Shown one piece after another: positions 27,213-36,297 of a stretch of DNA of 64,000 nucleotides. The DNA lies in assembly GCA_035945515.1 (NCBI GenBank), contig DASZAE010000032.1, forward strand, positions 45,082-109,081, in the 5' to 3' direction. Numbering within the stretch: position 1 is the stretch's first letter; each line of letters opens with the position of its first letter. The notes under the pieces are model-generated. The model did no database searches, had not been told where the DNA came from, and was given only the letters and a program-made list of their open reading frames with translations. A program made the position numbers and the translations under genes. The stretch is from Terriglobia bacterium (GTDB lineage Bacteria > Acidobacteriota > Terriglobia > UBA7540).

Positions 27213-27419
27213 ATGCGCGACGTTTGGAGGGTGCTGGTGCTCGATCCCAACACGTCCGAGGAAATCCGCGCTTCATGCCGCGAGTGGCTGGCGAAGTACC
27301 CGGAAACACTCGATTATCTCGCGCGGCGGCTCACGCAGACGCGTTTGGTTGCTGAGAAGGACCTGGGCCTCGATGAGCAATGGGAAGAGCAGGCGCCGTA
27401 CAAATGGCGCGTGCAGTAG
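27213..27419 (+). CDS. Small hypothetical protein
   Basis: GGAG RBS; fills the gap between operon genes. Confidence 0.5.
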   Translation: MRDVWRVLVLDPNTSEEIRASCREWLAKYPETLDYLARRLTQTRLVAEKDLGLDEQWEEQAPYKWRVQ

Positions 27420-27447
27420 TTTACGGCTTCGAGAAAGGAGGCTGGCG

Positions 27448-28101
27448 ATGCGAGTCGGAACAAAGAGTATTTTGTTTGGAGCGCATAGTCTCATGGTCCA
27501 CCCTTTTGCACTCTTTGAAGCGTGGCGGAGGCTCTACCACTTTCCTTGGGACCCCAGGTTATGGGTTGTGTTTGCCGTGCACGACCTGGGTTATTTTTCG
27601 CGCTCTTCCATGGACGGCGCGGGAAGCGAAGCCCATGTGGAGCTGGGTGGGAAGATCATGGAAATGCTGTTTGGGCGGTGCTGGGGCGACTTCTGCCGGC
27701 GACATAGCCGTGAGTGGTGTCGGCGGCATGGTAAGCGTTATTCGCGTCTTTGTGTCGCGGACAAACTGGCGTTTGTGCTCACGCCCGCATGGCTCTATCT
27801 CCCGATGACACGCGCAACGGGAGAGCTGACCGAATACATGGCCGTTGCGGATGGCCGGCAGGCGGGCGGGAAGTTCACCGATGCGGAGCGTTCCATGCTT
27901 CGATCAGGTGACGCGCGGTTGTGGCTGAAAGGCTTGAAGAGTTACACGGCGCGGTGGGTTGACGAGCGCCACCATGAGTACCGGCACACGCAGATTGTGT
28001 CATGTGAAGTTCCCAAAAAACTTAAGCTTGCGAGGCAAGAAAATCAACGGATGCTTGCACTTTCCGGCGTGCCGTCAAGGGTAGGAAGGAGTTCAAAGTG
28101 A
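27448..28101 (+). CDS. HD-superfamily-like hypothetical protein
   Basis: AGGAGG RBS before ATG 27448; H..HD(LGY)..H..H..ADKL pattern. Confidence 0.6.
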   Translation: MRVGTKSILFGAHSLMVHPFALFEAWRRLYHFPWDPRLWVVFAVHDLGYFSRSSMDGAGSEAHVELGGKIMEMLFGRCWGDFCRRHSREWCRRHGKRYSRLCVADKLAFVLTPAWLYLPMTRATGELTEYMAVADGRQAGGKFTDAERSMLRSGDARLWLKGLKSYTARWVDERHHEYRHTQIVSCEVPKKLKLARQENQRMLALSGVPSRVGRSSK

Positions 28102-28712
28102 AAACTGAAATCGCAGCCTCTCCGGAAGCAGGCGAAGCTCCCGCTTCGAAAGTTGGGGATAACACGCGCGATGAATCGCGACCCGCCCGTCATCGCCTTC
28201 CCGACGAACGGCAGGCGATCGTGCACCACTTTTCGGTGGGCGGGCACGAAGGATACCTGATGGTGGGCCTCTACCGGGACGGCAAACCCGGTGAAATCTT
28301 CATCCGCATGGCGAAGGCCGGGTCAACCATCGCCGGCATGATGGACTCGTTTGGGATTGCGGTTTCACTGGCGCTGCAATATGGCGTACCCCTTGAGGTG
28401 CTGACCAACAAATTCAGCCACACGCGCTTTGAGCCCAGCGGCTGGACAACGGTGAAAGAGATTGGGTATGCCAAGAGCCTGATGGATTACCTATTTCGTT
28501 GGTTGGCATTGAAGTTTCTCCCCGCCTCTTCTCCTTCCTCCACGGGCGCTGCGGGCAATGATCCTGCCCCGGCGCCCGCCCTCCTTTCGGGGAATGGCTT
28601 TGGGCATGGCGAAGCGGACGCGCCGGCCTGCAAGGACTGCGGGGCGACTATGAACCGCAACGGCTCCTGCTACAAGTGCGGAAATTGCGGCTGGACGAGC
28701 GGGTGTTCGTAG
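28098..28712 (+). CDS. Stand-alone TSCPD domain protein (C-terminal part of class II ribonucleotide reductase NrdJ)
   Basis: RHRLPDER, GKPGEIFI, SLALQYGVPL, RFEPSG, SLMDY; C-terminal CKDCG..CYKCGNCG..SGCS. Confidence 0.88.
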   Translation: MKTEIAASPEAGEAPASKVGDNTRDESRPARHRLPDERQAIVHHFSVGGHEGYLMVGLYRDGKPGEIFIRMAKAGSTIAGMMDSFGIAVSLALQYGVPLEVLTNKFSHTRFEPSGWTTVKEIGYAKSLMDYLFRWLALKFLPASSPSSTGAAGNDPAPAPALLSGNGFGHGEADAPACKDCGATMNRNGSCYKCGNCGWTSGCS

Positions 28713-28753
28713 GCGTTGGCCACGGGCGCGGCAAGGTCCAAAAAAGAGGAACG

Positions 28754-29041
28754 ATGTCACTCAACACGCTGAGAAGCATTGAGCGCGTTCAGGAGGATGA
28801 CGGGTTCCCGCTCTCTCTGTACGTCTACGACCACAAGGGGTTTTACTCTGGCGCGAAGTGTTTGGGCAACAGCGAGGAGCTAAAGACAGCGTTCGAGCGT
28901 GAGATTGCTCCTGCAATTCGGGAAGGCCGCGAGGTGAGGATTTGTGATGGCAGCGACTTCCTGTGCTTCCACGCGAAGGACGGCAGAATCCTCTACCCGC
29001 CCGGCGCTTCCGCTGAAGTATCTGCAGTCATGAGGTTCTGA
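28754..29041 (+). CDS. Hypothetical protein
   Basis: GAGGA RBS before ATG 28754. Confidence 0.55.
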   Translation: MSLNTLRSIERVQEDDGFPLSLYVYDHKGFYSGAKCLGNSEELKTAFEREIAPAIREGREVRICDGSDFLCFHAKDGRILYPPGASAEVSAVMRF

Positions 29042-30621
29042 TGACAGGCAAGGGTCTGGCGAACCAAGCTCTCCCACCAACGGGTGCAATACCGGTCGTC
29101 TCTGACGGGAGCGGGTATGCGGAGAGAATGGCGCGGCTATCGTGGCTGCCTTCTCTGACCGCACTCTCCTTTCTTGTCCCCATCGTTCTGCTCTATTGGC
29201 AGGTTGCCGGGCCTTCCGCCTTACTGGCCGATCCGAGCACAGGCGTCCATATCAGCACGGGCCAATGGATCCTCGCGCATCACGCGATCCCGCGGCGCGA
29301 CCTGTTTTCCTTTACGCTTGCTGGCAAAAGCTGGTGCGACTGGGAATGGTTGGGTGATGTCCTTTTCGCAGGGGCCGACCGGCTGCACGGCTTATCCGGC
29401 GCGGCGGTCCTCAGCCTGGGGTTGCTTTGTCTGACTTCGGTGGTTATTTACCGGACGGCGCGGCTCCACGCTGGCCCGATCGTGGCAGGTGCGGTTTGCG
29501 CACTGGCGATGGCGACGACCACGATTCACTGGCTGGCGCGGCCACACCTGTTTACGTGGCTCTTGCTTGCGGTGTTTTGCTGGGTCTTGGCAAAGCAGCC
29601 TGCGGAGGCGCGACGGAGATGGTGGGTCTTGCCTTGCATTATGATTCTTTGGGTTAATCTTCACCCGGGTTTTGTGGCGGGATTTCTGGTGTTAGGGGCT
29701 TGGCTCGCGGGCAGTTGCCTCGGCTGGCGATTCGGAAGCACGAAAGAGGCCCGGGCCAATGGTTGCGGGCGGGCAACATGGGGCTTGGTCGCGCTCGCCG
29801 CTTGTGCAGCGGCAACCCTCGTCAATCCGTATTTCTTGCATCTTCACGAGCACGTCGCTCTCTATTTGTTCAGCCCTTCCACGGTCACAGCACACGTCGA
29901 GGAATGGCTTTCCCCGAACTTTCACAACGCCCGTCTGGCATGGTTTGAAATTTTTCTGCCGCTGGCAGGCGCGGCAGGCCTTTGGCACAGCCTGAAGCGG
30001 CGTTTCTACTGGTGCCTCTCGCTCTTCGGATTTATGCACCTTGCGCTCATCTCGGTGCGGAATGTGCCGCTGCTGGCCATCGTCTGTGCCGCTCCGCTCG
30101 CGGCTGCGGCGGAAGAAGCATTGGGAGAGTTCAATTCTGGCCTTATGGTGCGGGAAGCTGGCAGACTGCTGGAAGGAATGAAGTCTGCCCGTGGAACGGC
30201 TGCCGTGTGGGTGCTCGGTGTGGCGATGATTGCGGCGATCGGCGCGTCGCCACTAACGCTCGGCCGGGGTGCTTGCATTCCAACCAAAGCAATCGAGAGG
30301 CTGCCTCATGGACGCCTCTTCACGACCGATCAATGGGCGGACTATCTCGTCTATAAGGAGCCTGGACGTAGGGTCTTCTTTGACGGACGCAATGATTTTT
30401 ACGGCCCAGCGTTCGTCGAGTCGTATCTTCGAGTGATGAAAGCGAAGCCTGGGTGGGAGACGATCCTCGTTAAATACCATGTGTCCATAGCACTGGTTCC
30501 TACAGACGGCGCGATCCGAGCTGCGCTCAGTCATGACGAGGCGTGGATGACAGCGTATCGGGATTCAAAGGCGACTATGTTCTTTAGGAGAAAAAGATTT
30601 AATGGAGGGCGGAAACATTGA
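29041..30621 (+). CDS. Polytopic membrane protein, GT-C glycosyltransferase-like
   Basis: Many TMs; DPSTGVHISTGQWIL, DLFSFT..W.DWEWL, RPHLFT, WVNLHPGF, VFFDGRND. Confidence 0.7.
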   Translation: MTGKGLANQALPPTGAIPVVSDGSGYAERMARLSWLPSLTALSFLVPIVLLYWQVAGPSALLADPSTGVHISTGQWILAHHAIPRRDLFSFTLAGKSWCDWEWLGDVLFAGADRLHGLSGAAVLSLGLLCLTSVVIYRTARLHAGPIVAGAVCALAMATTTIHWLARPHLFTWLLLAVFCWVLAKQPAEARRRWWVLPCIMILWVNLHPGFVAGFLVLGAWLAGSCLGWRFGSTKEARANGCGRATWGLVALAACAAATLVNPYFLHLHEHVALYLFSPSTVTAHVEEWLSPNFHNARLAWFEIFLPLAGAAGLWHSLKRRFYWCLSLFGFMHLALISVRNVPLLAIVCAAPLAAAAEEALGEFNSGLMVREAGRLLEGMKSARGTAAVWVLGVAMIAAIGASPLTLGRGACIPTKAIERLPHGRLFTTDQWADYLVYKEPGRRVFFDGRNDFYGPAFVESYLRVMKAKPGWETILVKYHVSIALVPTDGAIRAALSHDEAWMTAYRDSKATMFFRRKRFNGGRKH

Positions 30622-31360
30622 AGTATCTGGTCAAAATCGTTATTGTGCTGCTCCTGATCTCGTGGGCGTGGCGCTACGGTCGGGAGACGGTCGATAGGTG
30701 GATGGAGAACGGCCCAGTGATCTCGCATTTTTCAGCGCCACTGACAGCGGGGTCACTGCCAGCTTTGCTGAGCGGGGAACATTTTTCATCGGCAGAGAAT
30801 TTGGAGCGACTGGATTACGAAGGTATTCGCCGCGCTCATCGATCAATTGATATTGCAATGTACGCGTTCACCGACCGCCGATTGGCGGCAGCAGTTATCG
30901 CGGCCGCGCGGCGGGGGGTAAAAGTACGCATTTATCGTGACGGCGAGCAGTACGAGGAAGAGCAGGGGCGGGCGTGGCGCTATGGCTCAACCAGCGGTAT
31001 GTTCCGAGGCCAGCCCAACATCCACATCCGTGTCAAGTCGCCCAGCCGCTGGTTGTTGATGCACGAAAAGTGCGTATGCGTGGACCACGCCTTGCTACGC
31101 ACCGGTTCAGCGAATTGGTCTCCCAGTGGAGTGTGGGGGACAACTAACGTTGCCGACGAAGAATCAATAAGTTACAAGGGTTGCTTCATCCGTAAGTTGT
31201 TGATTCTAGGTTCGACCTCCGAGTTGTCCCACAGACTCCCAGTGGGGAGAAGCGGCAAGACGACGATGCCGATTACATCACTGATCCGCAGGCAATCAAG
31301 CGGTTTGAGCGGAATTTCGAGGTAATCTGGAACCGGGCGAGCAACCACGTGGTTCAGTAA
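30618..31360 (+). pseudogene. Phospholipase D (HKD) family Nuc-like nuclease interrupted by a MITE
   Basis: IDIAMYAFTD, HEKCVCVD..TGSANWS; removing the MITE and one TSD restores WSPSGEKRQDDD..FEVIW to the stop at 31360. Confidence 0.88.
31129..31238. mobile_element. 110-bp MITE
   Basis: 17-bp TIRs with 2 mismatches (GAGTGTGGGGGACAACT / AGTTGTCCCACAGACTC); 6-bp TSD CCAGTG (31123-31128, 31239-31244). Confidence 0.92.
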
Positions 31361-31438
31361 ACGACCCTCGTTTTATGGCGGCGTGGTGTCCGTGGCGTTT
31401 CATCAACGCACTGTGCAATATATTTAAGAGATTCTCCT

Positions 31439-31645
31439 ATGGGACATCCGGTTCAGATTACGACGCCTATCCCGTCCGTCGAGGAGACGGCAAAAACGGT
31501 AGGGGTATCGCCATCGCGCACTAGAGAGCTCGCGCGATTGGCGCATGAGATCATCCTTCAGGGCCAAGGTTCGGGAGCGAAACGCCAGCCGGGCGGGAGA
31601 AGGAGAGCAAAAAAGCGTTCCGGATCAAGAGCCGGCAAATCGTGA
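31439..31645 (+). CDS. Small basic protein, possible HTH
   Basis: SVEETAKTVGVSPSR helix-turn-helix-like segment; basic tail. Confidence 0.5.
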   Translation: MGHPVQITTPIPSVEETAKTVGVSPSRTRELARLAHEIILQGQGSGAKRQPGGRRRAKKRSGSRAGKS

Positions 31646-32264
31646 CTCCAAAAGGCCAAACCCACCTAACGCTTTTCTTAACATCCCGTATGACGACAGG
31701 TTCGAAGGGCTGTATCTGGCGTATATCGCCGGAATTGCCGCCTATGGTCTAGCGCCACGAGCGACGATGGAAGTACCCGGTGGCGAGCGGCGACTCGCCC
31801 GTATCTTTGAGCTGATTCGCAGTTGCCGGTATTCCTTCCACGACCTTTCGCGGGTAGAGCTTGACCCAAGACGTCCTGCCACGCCCCGCTTTAGCATGCC
31901 GTTCGAGCTGGGCTTGATGGTTGGGTGGGATAAGCTGCACCCACAAGAGCACACTTGGTTTGTGTTTGAAGCCAAGGAGCGGCGCTTGCTGAAGTCGCTT
32001 AGCGACTTGGCGGGAACGGATGTCTATATCCACGACGGCCAGCCACGTGGCCTGTTCAGGCAGTTATCGAATGCGCTCGTTCGGTCTGAATACCCGCCCA
32101 CAGTTGAGCAGATGGTAATTGTTCGCCGGGGCCTCCAGGCCGCACTTCCTTCTATTCGGAAGCGGGCCGGGGCGCGATCCGCCTTCGAGGCCAGAGTGTT
32201 CGCGGAACTTGTGGTCACAGCGCGCACATTGAGTTTCGAAGCTCTTCAACCTCACCGGCATTAA
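31545..32264 (+). CDS. Nucleoside 2-deoxyribosyltransferase-like (Rossmannoid) protein; start uncertain
   Basis: AFLNIPYD, RLARIFELIRSCRYSFHDLS, PRFSMPFELGL, SLSDLAG.D..IH. Confidence 0.6.
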   Translation: MRSSFRAKVRERNASRAGEGEQKSVPDQEPANRDSKRPNPPNAFLNIPYDDRFEGLYLAYIAGIAAYGLAPRATMEVPGGERRLARIFELIRSCRYSFHDLSRVELDPRRPATPRFSMPFELGLMVGWDKLHPQEHTWFVFEAKERRLLKSLSDLAGTDVYIHDGQPRGLFRQLSNALVRSEYPPTVEQMVIVRRGLQAALPSIRKRAGARSAFEARVFAELVVTARTLSFEALQPHRH

Positions 32265-32404
32265 ACCTTCAACACATTCCCTCAGGAATGCTTTGCGCCA
32301 CCAATGCGTGATGAGCGACGGCCCCGTTTCAACTCCTTCCACCTACAGAGACAGCGAACTGGCCTGGTGATCACTCTGGACACCGGCAAGAAAAGAGGTG
32401 TGCC

Positions 32405-33462
32405 ATGACTGTGTTTCCACTTGATCGAACCTGGCAAAGCTCGGAAGCTGAGGCTTTCGAGACTGCCCTTCGCCAGCGCGTCATCGGGCAAGACCGCGCC
32501 ATCCGGTGTTTGGCGCAAGTCTAGCAGGTGTATCTCGCAGGCATCGCTGCCCCGCGGGCCGACCGCTGGCTAACCTCCTCTTCCTTGGTCCTGCAGGTTC
32601 TGGCAAGACACGCATGGTGGAGGCTATGGCCAAGACACTCTTCGACGATAGCAAGGCCGTCGTTAAGATCGACTGTCCCGAGCTTCAGCACAGTCATGAG
32701 ATTTCGAAGCTCATCGGCTCGCCGCCTGGCTATCTCGGTCACCGTGAGACTCAACCCCTCATCACCCAGGAAACTCTCGATCAGCTCCACCGGGAAAAAT
32801 TGAACCTGTCTCTGGTTCTCTTTGACGAGATCGAAAAAGCCTCGGACGCCATGCGGCAACTGCTGCTTGGCATTCTGGACAAGGCCACGCTAACGCTGGG
32901 CGACAACCGGCGTATGGATTTCTCGCGAGCGATGATCTTCATGACGTCCAACCTCGGTGCGCGGGAGATGGCACGGCTCACGGAGGGTGGTATGGGGTTT
33001 CGTGCCCATCCAAGCGGAAGCGATGTGGACTTGGATGAGAAGCTTTATCGAGTGGCGACAGAGGCAGCCAGGCGGAAGTTCTCACCGGAGTTTATAAACC
33101 GGATCGACAAGGTGATTGTGTTCCGGCCTCTCGGGCACGCGGAATTGGAGCAGGTGCTGGACCTTGAGATCACGTGCGTCAGGGAGCGGGTCGCGAAATC
33201 ACGCAGTGGCTGCTCGCTCGTTCTCGACTACCTTGCTGCGGCGCGGGAGTTCTTGTTGGCGGAGGGAACTGACGGCAGGTGCGGAGCGCGGCATCTTAAG
33301 CGCGCCACTGAGCGCCATGTGGTCTTTCCGCTTGCCAACCTGATCGCCACCTGGCAGGTCAGCGAGGGAGATATCGTCGTGGTGGACCACAACCCCTTGA
33401 ACGCGTGTCTTTCTTTTGCGAAGCAGGCGTGCGAGGCGTTGGTTCGCATCGCGGCCGTGTGA
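32405..33462 (+). pseudogene. Single-domain ClpA/B D2-type AAA+ ATPase with a nonsense codon and a frameshift near the 5' end
   Basis: ATG 32405 frame RQRVIGQDRA..QV-TAG(32522), then a shift; LFLGPAGSGKT, KLIGSPPGY, FDEIEKA, FSPEFINRID. Confidence 0.85.
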
Positions 33463-33578
33463 GCAGTGTGTTGCCAGGCCCGGCGTCATTCAGATAGTCC
33501 CTGCCGTAGTGCGAGATTGTCGTTCCGCGGTCCTGATGGGCGTTAGCCACGCACAAAGTTTTCAACAAAGGAGTCATC

Positions 33579-34694
33579 ATGATGGAGTTTACGACGGACG
33601 TGTCGAGCTTTGCCACGGCCTTGGAACAAATCCAGAGCGCAGTCGACAAGAAGAACACGATACCGATTCTTACGCATTGCATGGTTGAGGCCGAACCGCA
33701 GGGGTTGCGATTGTCGGCCACCGACCTGGAGTTGGGCATCCGGCTGTCTTGCGCGGCTCAAGTGAAAGAAGCTAGCAGCATAGCAGTTCCGGCCCGGCGG
33801 CTGCTGGATATTGCACAGTCTCTCGGCGAGGGCGAGCTGCGGGTCCAGGAGACGGAAAATCATTGGGTCCGGATCACAGCCGGCCGGTCCAGGTTTAAGT
33901 TGGCTGCCATGGCGAAAGACAACTTCCCGGCGATGCCGGTTGTTCCTCGATCCCTTGGCAGCGTGTCGGCGGTGACGCTCGGTGGATTGATCGATCGCAC
34001 CGCTTTTGCGATCAGTCAGCAGGAAGGACGATACACGCTGAACGCCGCCCTAATGGTGCTTAAGCACGACAGTATTTTGATGGTCGCAACCGATGGCTCG
34101 CGATTGCCGCTGGTGGGGCATGATGCAGAAGTCAGCGGGCTCAAGAACGAGGTACGGTTGCTGATTCCACGGCGGGCGCTCGCCGCTCTCGGACGGTTAG
34201 CCGACACTCAGGAAGGCGATACGCCCGTCCAGATCGCCAAGGATGACAGCCATTTGTTCTTTACCGTTGGCGACGCCGTCCTCATCAGCCGGATGATTTC
34301 TGGACAGTTTCCCAATTACGAAGCGGCGCTGCCTCAGTCGAACGGGATAACGGCGACGGCCGACACCGCAGCCTTCCGTAAGGCGCTGGAGCGGGTGTCT
34401 CTGCTTGCCTCTGACCAGCACCACGGTGTTTCTCTGGCCTTGGATGCCGGGCGCATTACGCTATCGAGCGCGGCTGGCGAAACGGGCGAGGCCATGGAAT
34501 CGCTCGACGCGGAATACTCCCAGGAACCGATTCGTCTTGGGTTCAACAGCCAATTTCTGTTGGATTTCTTCAAGGTGGTTAGGAATGGCAACATTGTAAT
34601 GACTCTGAAGGATGTTCAGAGCGCTGTCGAGTTCCGACCCGCAGATTCGCAAGGTTATCGCTACCGCTACGTAGTCATGCCGATGCGGATGTAA
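33579..34694 (+). CDS. dnaN: DNA polymerase III beta sliding clamp
   Basis: KKNTIPIL, SATDLE, VATDGSRL, GQFPNY, GFNSQFLLDF, YVVMPMR. Confidence 0.95.
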   Translation: MMEFTTDVSSFATALEQIQSAVDKKNTIPILTHCMVEAEPQGLRLSATDLELGIRLSCAAQVKEASSIAVPARRLLDIAQSLGEGELRVQETENHWVRITAGRSRFKLAAMAKDNFPAMPVVPRSLGSVSAVTLGGLIDRTAFAISQQEGRYTLNAALMVLKHDSILMVATDGSRLPLVGHDAEVSGLKNEVRLLIPRRALAALGRLADTQEGDTPVQIAKDDSHLFFTVGDAVLISRMISGQFPNYEAALPQSNGITATADTAAFRKALERVSLLASDQHHGVSLALDAGRITLSSAAGETGEAMESLDAEYSQEPIRLGFNSQFLLDFFKVVRNGNIVMTLKDVQSAVEFRPADSQGYRYRYVVMPMRM

Positions 34695-35012
34695 CCGTTC
34701 CGCGCCCGCGTCACAGCATTTGGCCTACGTTTTCCAGACCACCGAAGCAAGGGATATCCTCAATTCCCGCTTGGCGCTCTTTCTAGCCTGCTACGTTTCA
34801 AAACAGGGTCCGTATCTGCATGGTCAGAGCCGGTGTTTCGACCCTCTCCTCAAGACCCGGCTTCTTGGCAAGCTCCTGATGTCGACGGGCGTTTCCAATA
34901 TCGTGGGCAATTGCCATCCACGAAGATGGCAACCGTCTTCGGGTATGAGCTGCTGTTTCTGTAAACGCTTCAAATCTCAGCATCACAAAAAGGGGAAGAA
35001 GGGAGAACCAGG

Positions 35013-35423
35013 ATGTCAAAATATGCGATTACCTCGACGGAGGTGAAAGAAGAGAAGCACCTCGTCGAAGCCCTTCGTGAGATGGGCTATCACCCGGAAG
35101 TGCATCCCGAAGGCTCCCAATTAACCTCTTACTTCTCCGAGCAGGAAAGGAAGATCGCTCATGTGATTATCCGGCGGCGGGAGTTGTCGGGAGCGTTTGG
35201 CGACATCGGTTTTGTGCGTCAGCCGGACGGCCGACTAAGCAAGATCGGCGACGAGATGGACCACGACTACGGGCAACGCTGGCTTGGCCGTGTCCAGCAG
35301 CTTTACAAGGAAAAGGAAACCCTCGCCATGGCTCGCACAAAGGGATACATCCTCAAAAAGCGCGAGGTGGTGAAAACGGTCACCGGCGAACAGGTACGGC
35401 TGCAATTCGCGGTGCGGAGGTAA
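35013..35423 (+). CDS. DUF1257 (Ycf35-like) protein
   Basis: MSKY..I.STEVK..LVEALREMG, DIGF, VQQLY..ARTKGY. Confidence 0.75.
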   Translation: MSKYAITSTEVKEEKHLVEALREMGYHPEVHPEGSQLTSYFSEQERKIAHVIIRRRELSGAFGDIGFVRQPDGRLSKIGDEMDHDYGQRWLGRVQQLYKEKETLAMARTKGYILKKREVVKTVTGEQVRLQFAVRR

Positions 35424-35426
35424 GCG

Positions 35427-35618
35427 ATGCAGGAGAAAACCATCACCATTACGATCGATGAACAAGGGAGTTCGACGCTCGATCTGGAAGGCTTCGTCGG
35501 CAAGGAATGCGAGAAGCCGTTCGAGGACTTCCGGGGAGGCGACACCGTGAAGATGGTGCGAAAGAAGCCGGCGTATTTCACGAACCGGCAAGCCGAGCAG
35601 GAACAAACCCGGCATTAG
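35427..35618 (+). CDS. DUF2997 family protein
   Basis: ITITIDEQG..LEGFVGKEC..KPAYF; next to DUF1257. Confidence 0.75.
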   Translation: MQEKTITITIDEQGSSTLDLEGFVGKECEKPFEDFRGGDTVKMVRKKPAYFTNRQAEQEQTRH

Positions 35619-35628
35619 GGAGGCCGCA

Positions 35629-36234
35629 ATGCTACTTCATGCGATCATTCCGGCGAGCCGCGCCAATGGTCCCGGCCTACGGACGGTGGTGTTTTTCCAG
35701 GGTTGCCAACTGGGCTGCGTGGGATGTTTCAACCCCTTGACCCACATCTTCGCTGGAACAGACCTGGCGACTGAGACCGTGGCGGAGCAGGTGCTTCGCG
35801 CCAACGAGGAATATCCGCTTGAAGGCGTAACTCTCTCCGGCGGTGAGCCGATGCAGCAGGCCGATAGCTCGCTGGCACTGATCGAGAGTCTGCGGCTCGG
35901 AGCGCCAGGGCTCAGCTTCGGCATGTTCAGCGGTTACACCGAGTACGAACTCGATGAGGGGCGGTATTGGGTCTGGAATCAGCAGATAACTCTGCGGGAA
36001 AAACAACGCCTGTGGGGCATAATCCGCGCCCACCTCGACTTTGCTGTGCTGGGTCGCTTCAATCCGGCGATACCGGGCAACTCACCCCTTCGCACGAGCC
36101 GCAATCAGGTTCTAAGGTTCTTCAGCAACCGGTACTCAGAGGCCGATTTTGGCGAGCAGGTTGTCGAGGTTCATATCGACAACAACGGTCGCACGGAAAT
36201 GACCGGCTTCCCGGTTCTGGGGCTGCCTTGGTGA
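35629..36234 (+). CDS. Radical SAM protein (NrdG-like, 4Fe-4S)
   Basis: SRANGPGLR.VVFFQGCQLGCVGCFNP, GVTLSGGEP, FSGYT, SRNQ. Confidence 0.9.
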   Translation: MLLHAIIPASRANGPGLRTVVFFQGCQLGCVGCFNPLTHIFAGTDLATETVAEQVLRANEEYPLEGVTLSGGEPMQQADSSLALIESLRLGAPGLSFGMFSGYTEYELDEGRYWVWNQQITLREKQRLWGIIRAHLDFAVLGRFNPAIPGNSPLRTSRNQVLRFFSNRYSEADFGEQVVEVHIDNNGRTEMTGFPVLGLPW

Positions 36235-36297
36235 AATCAACGCCATGTGGTCTTCAGTTTTTCCCTTCGTAATTTTCTTCTGAAAGGAGCGCCTCCG

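Noticed and set aside
31129-31325. C-terminal tail of the 235-aa PLD ORF in the track
   Set aside because: It is read-through into the MITE; the real C-terminus is in another frame ending at 31360
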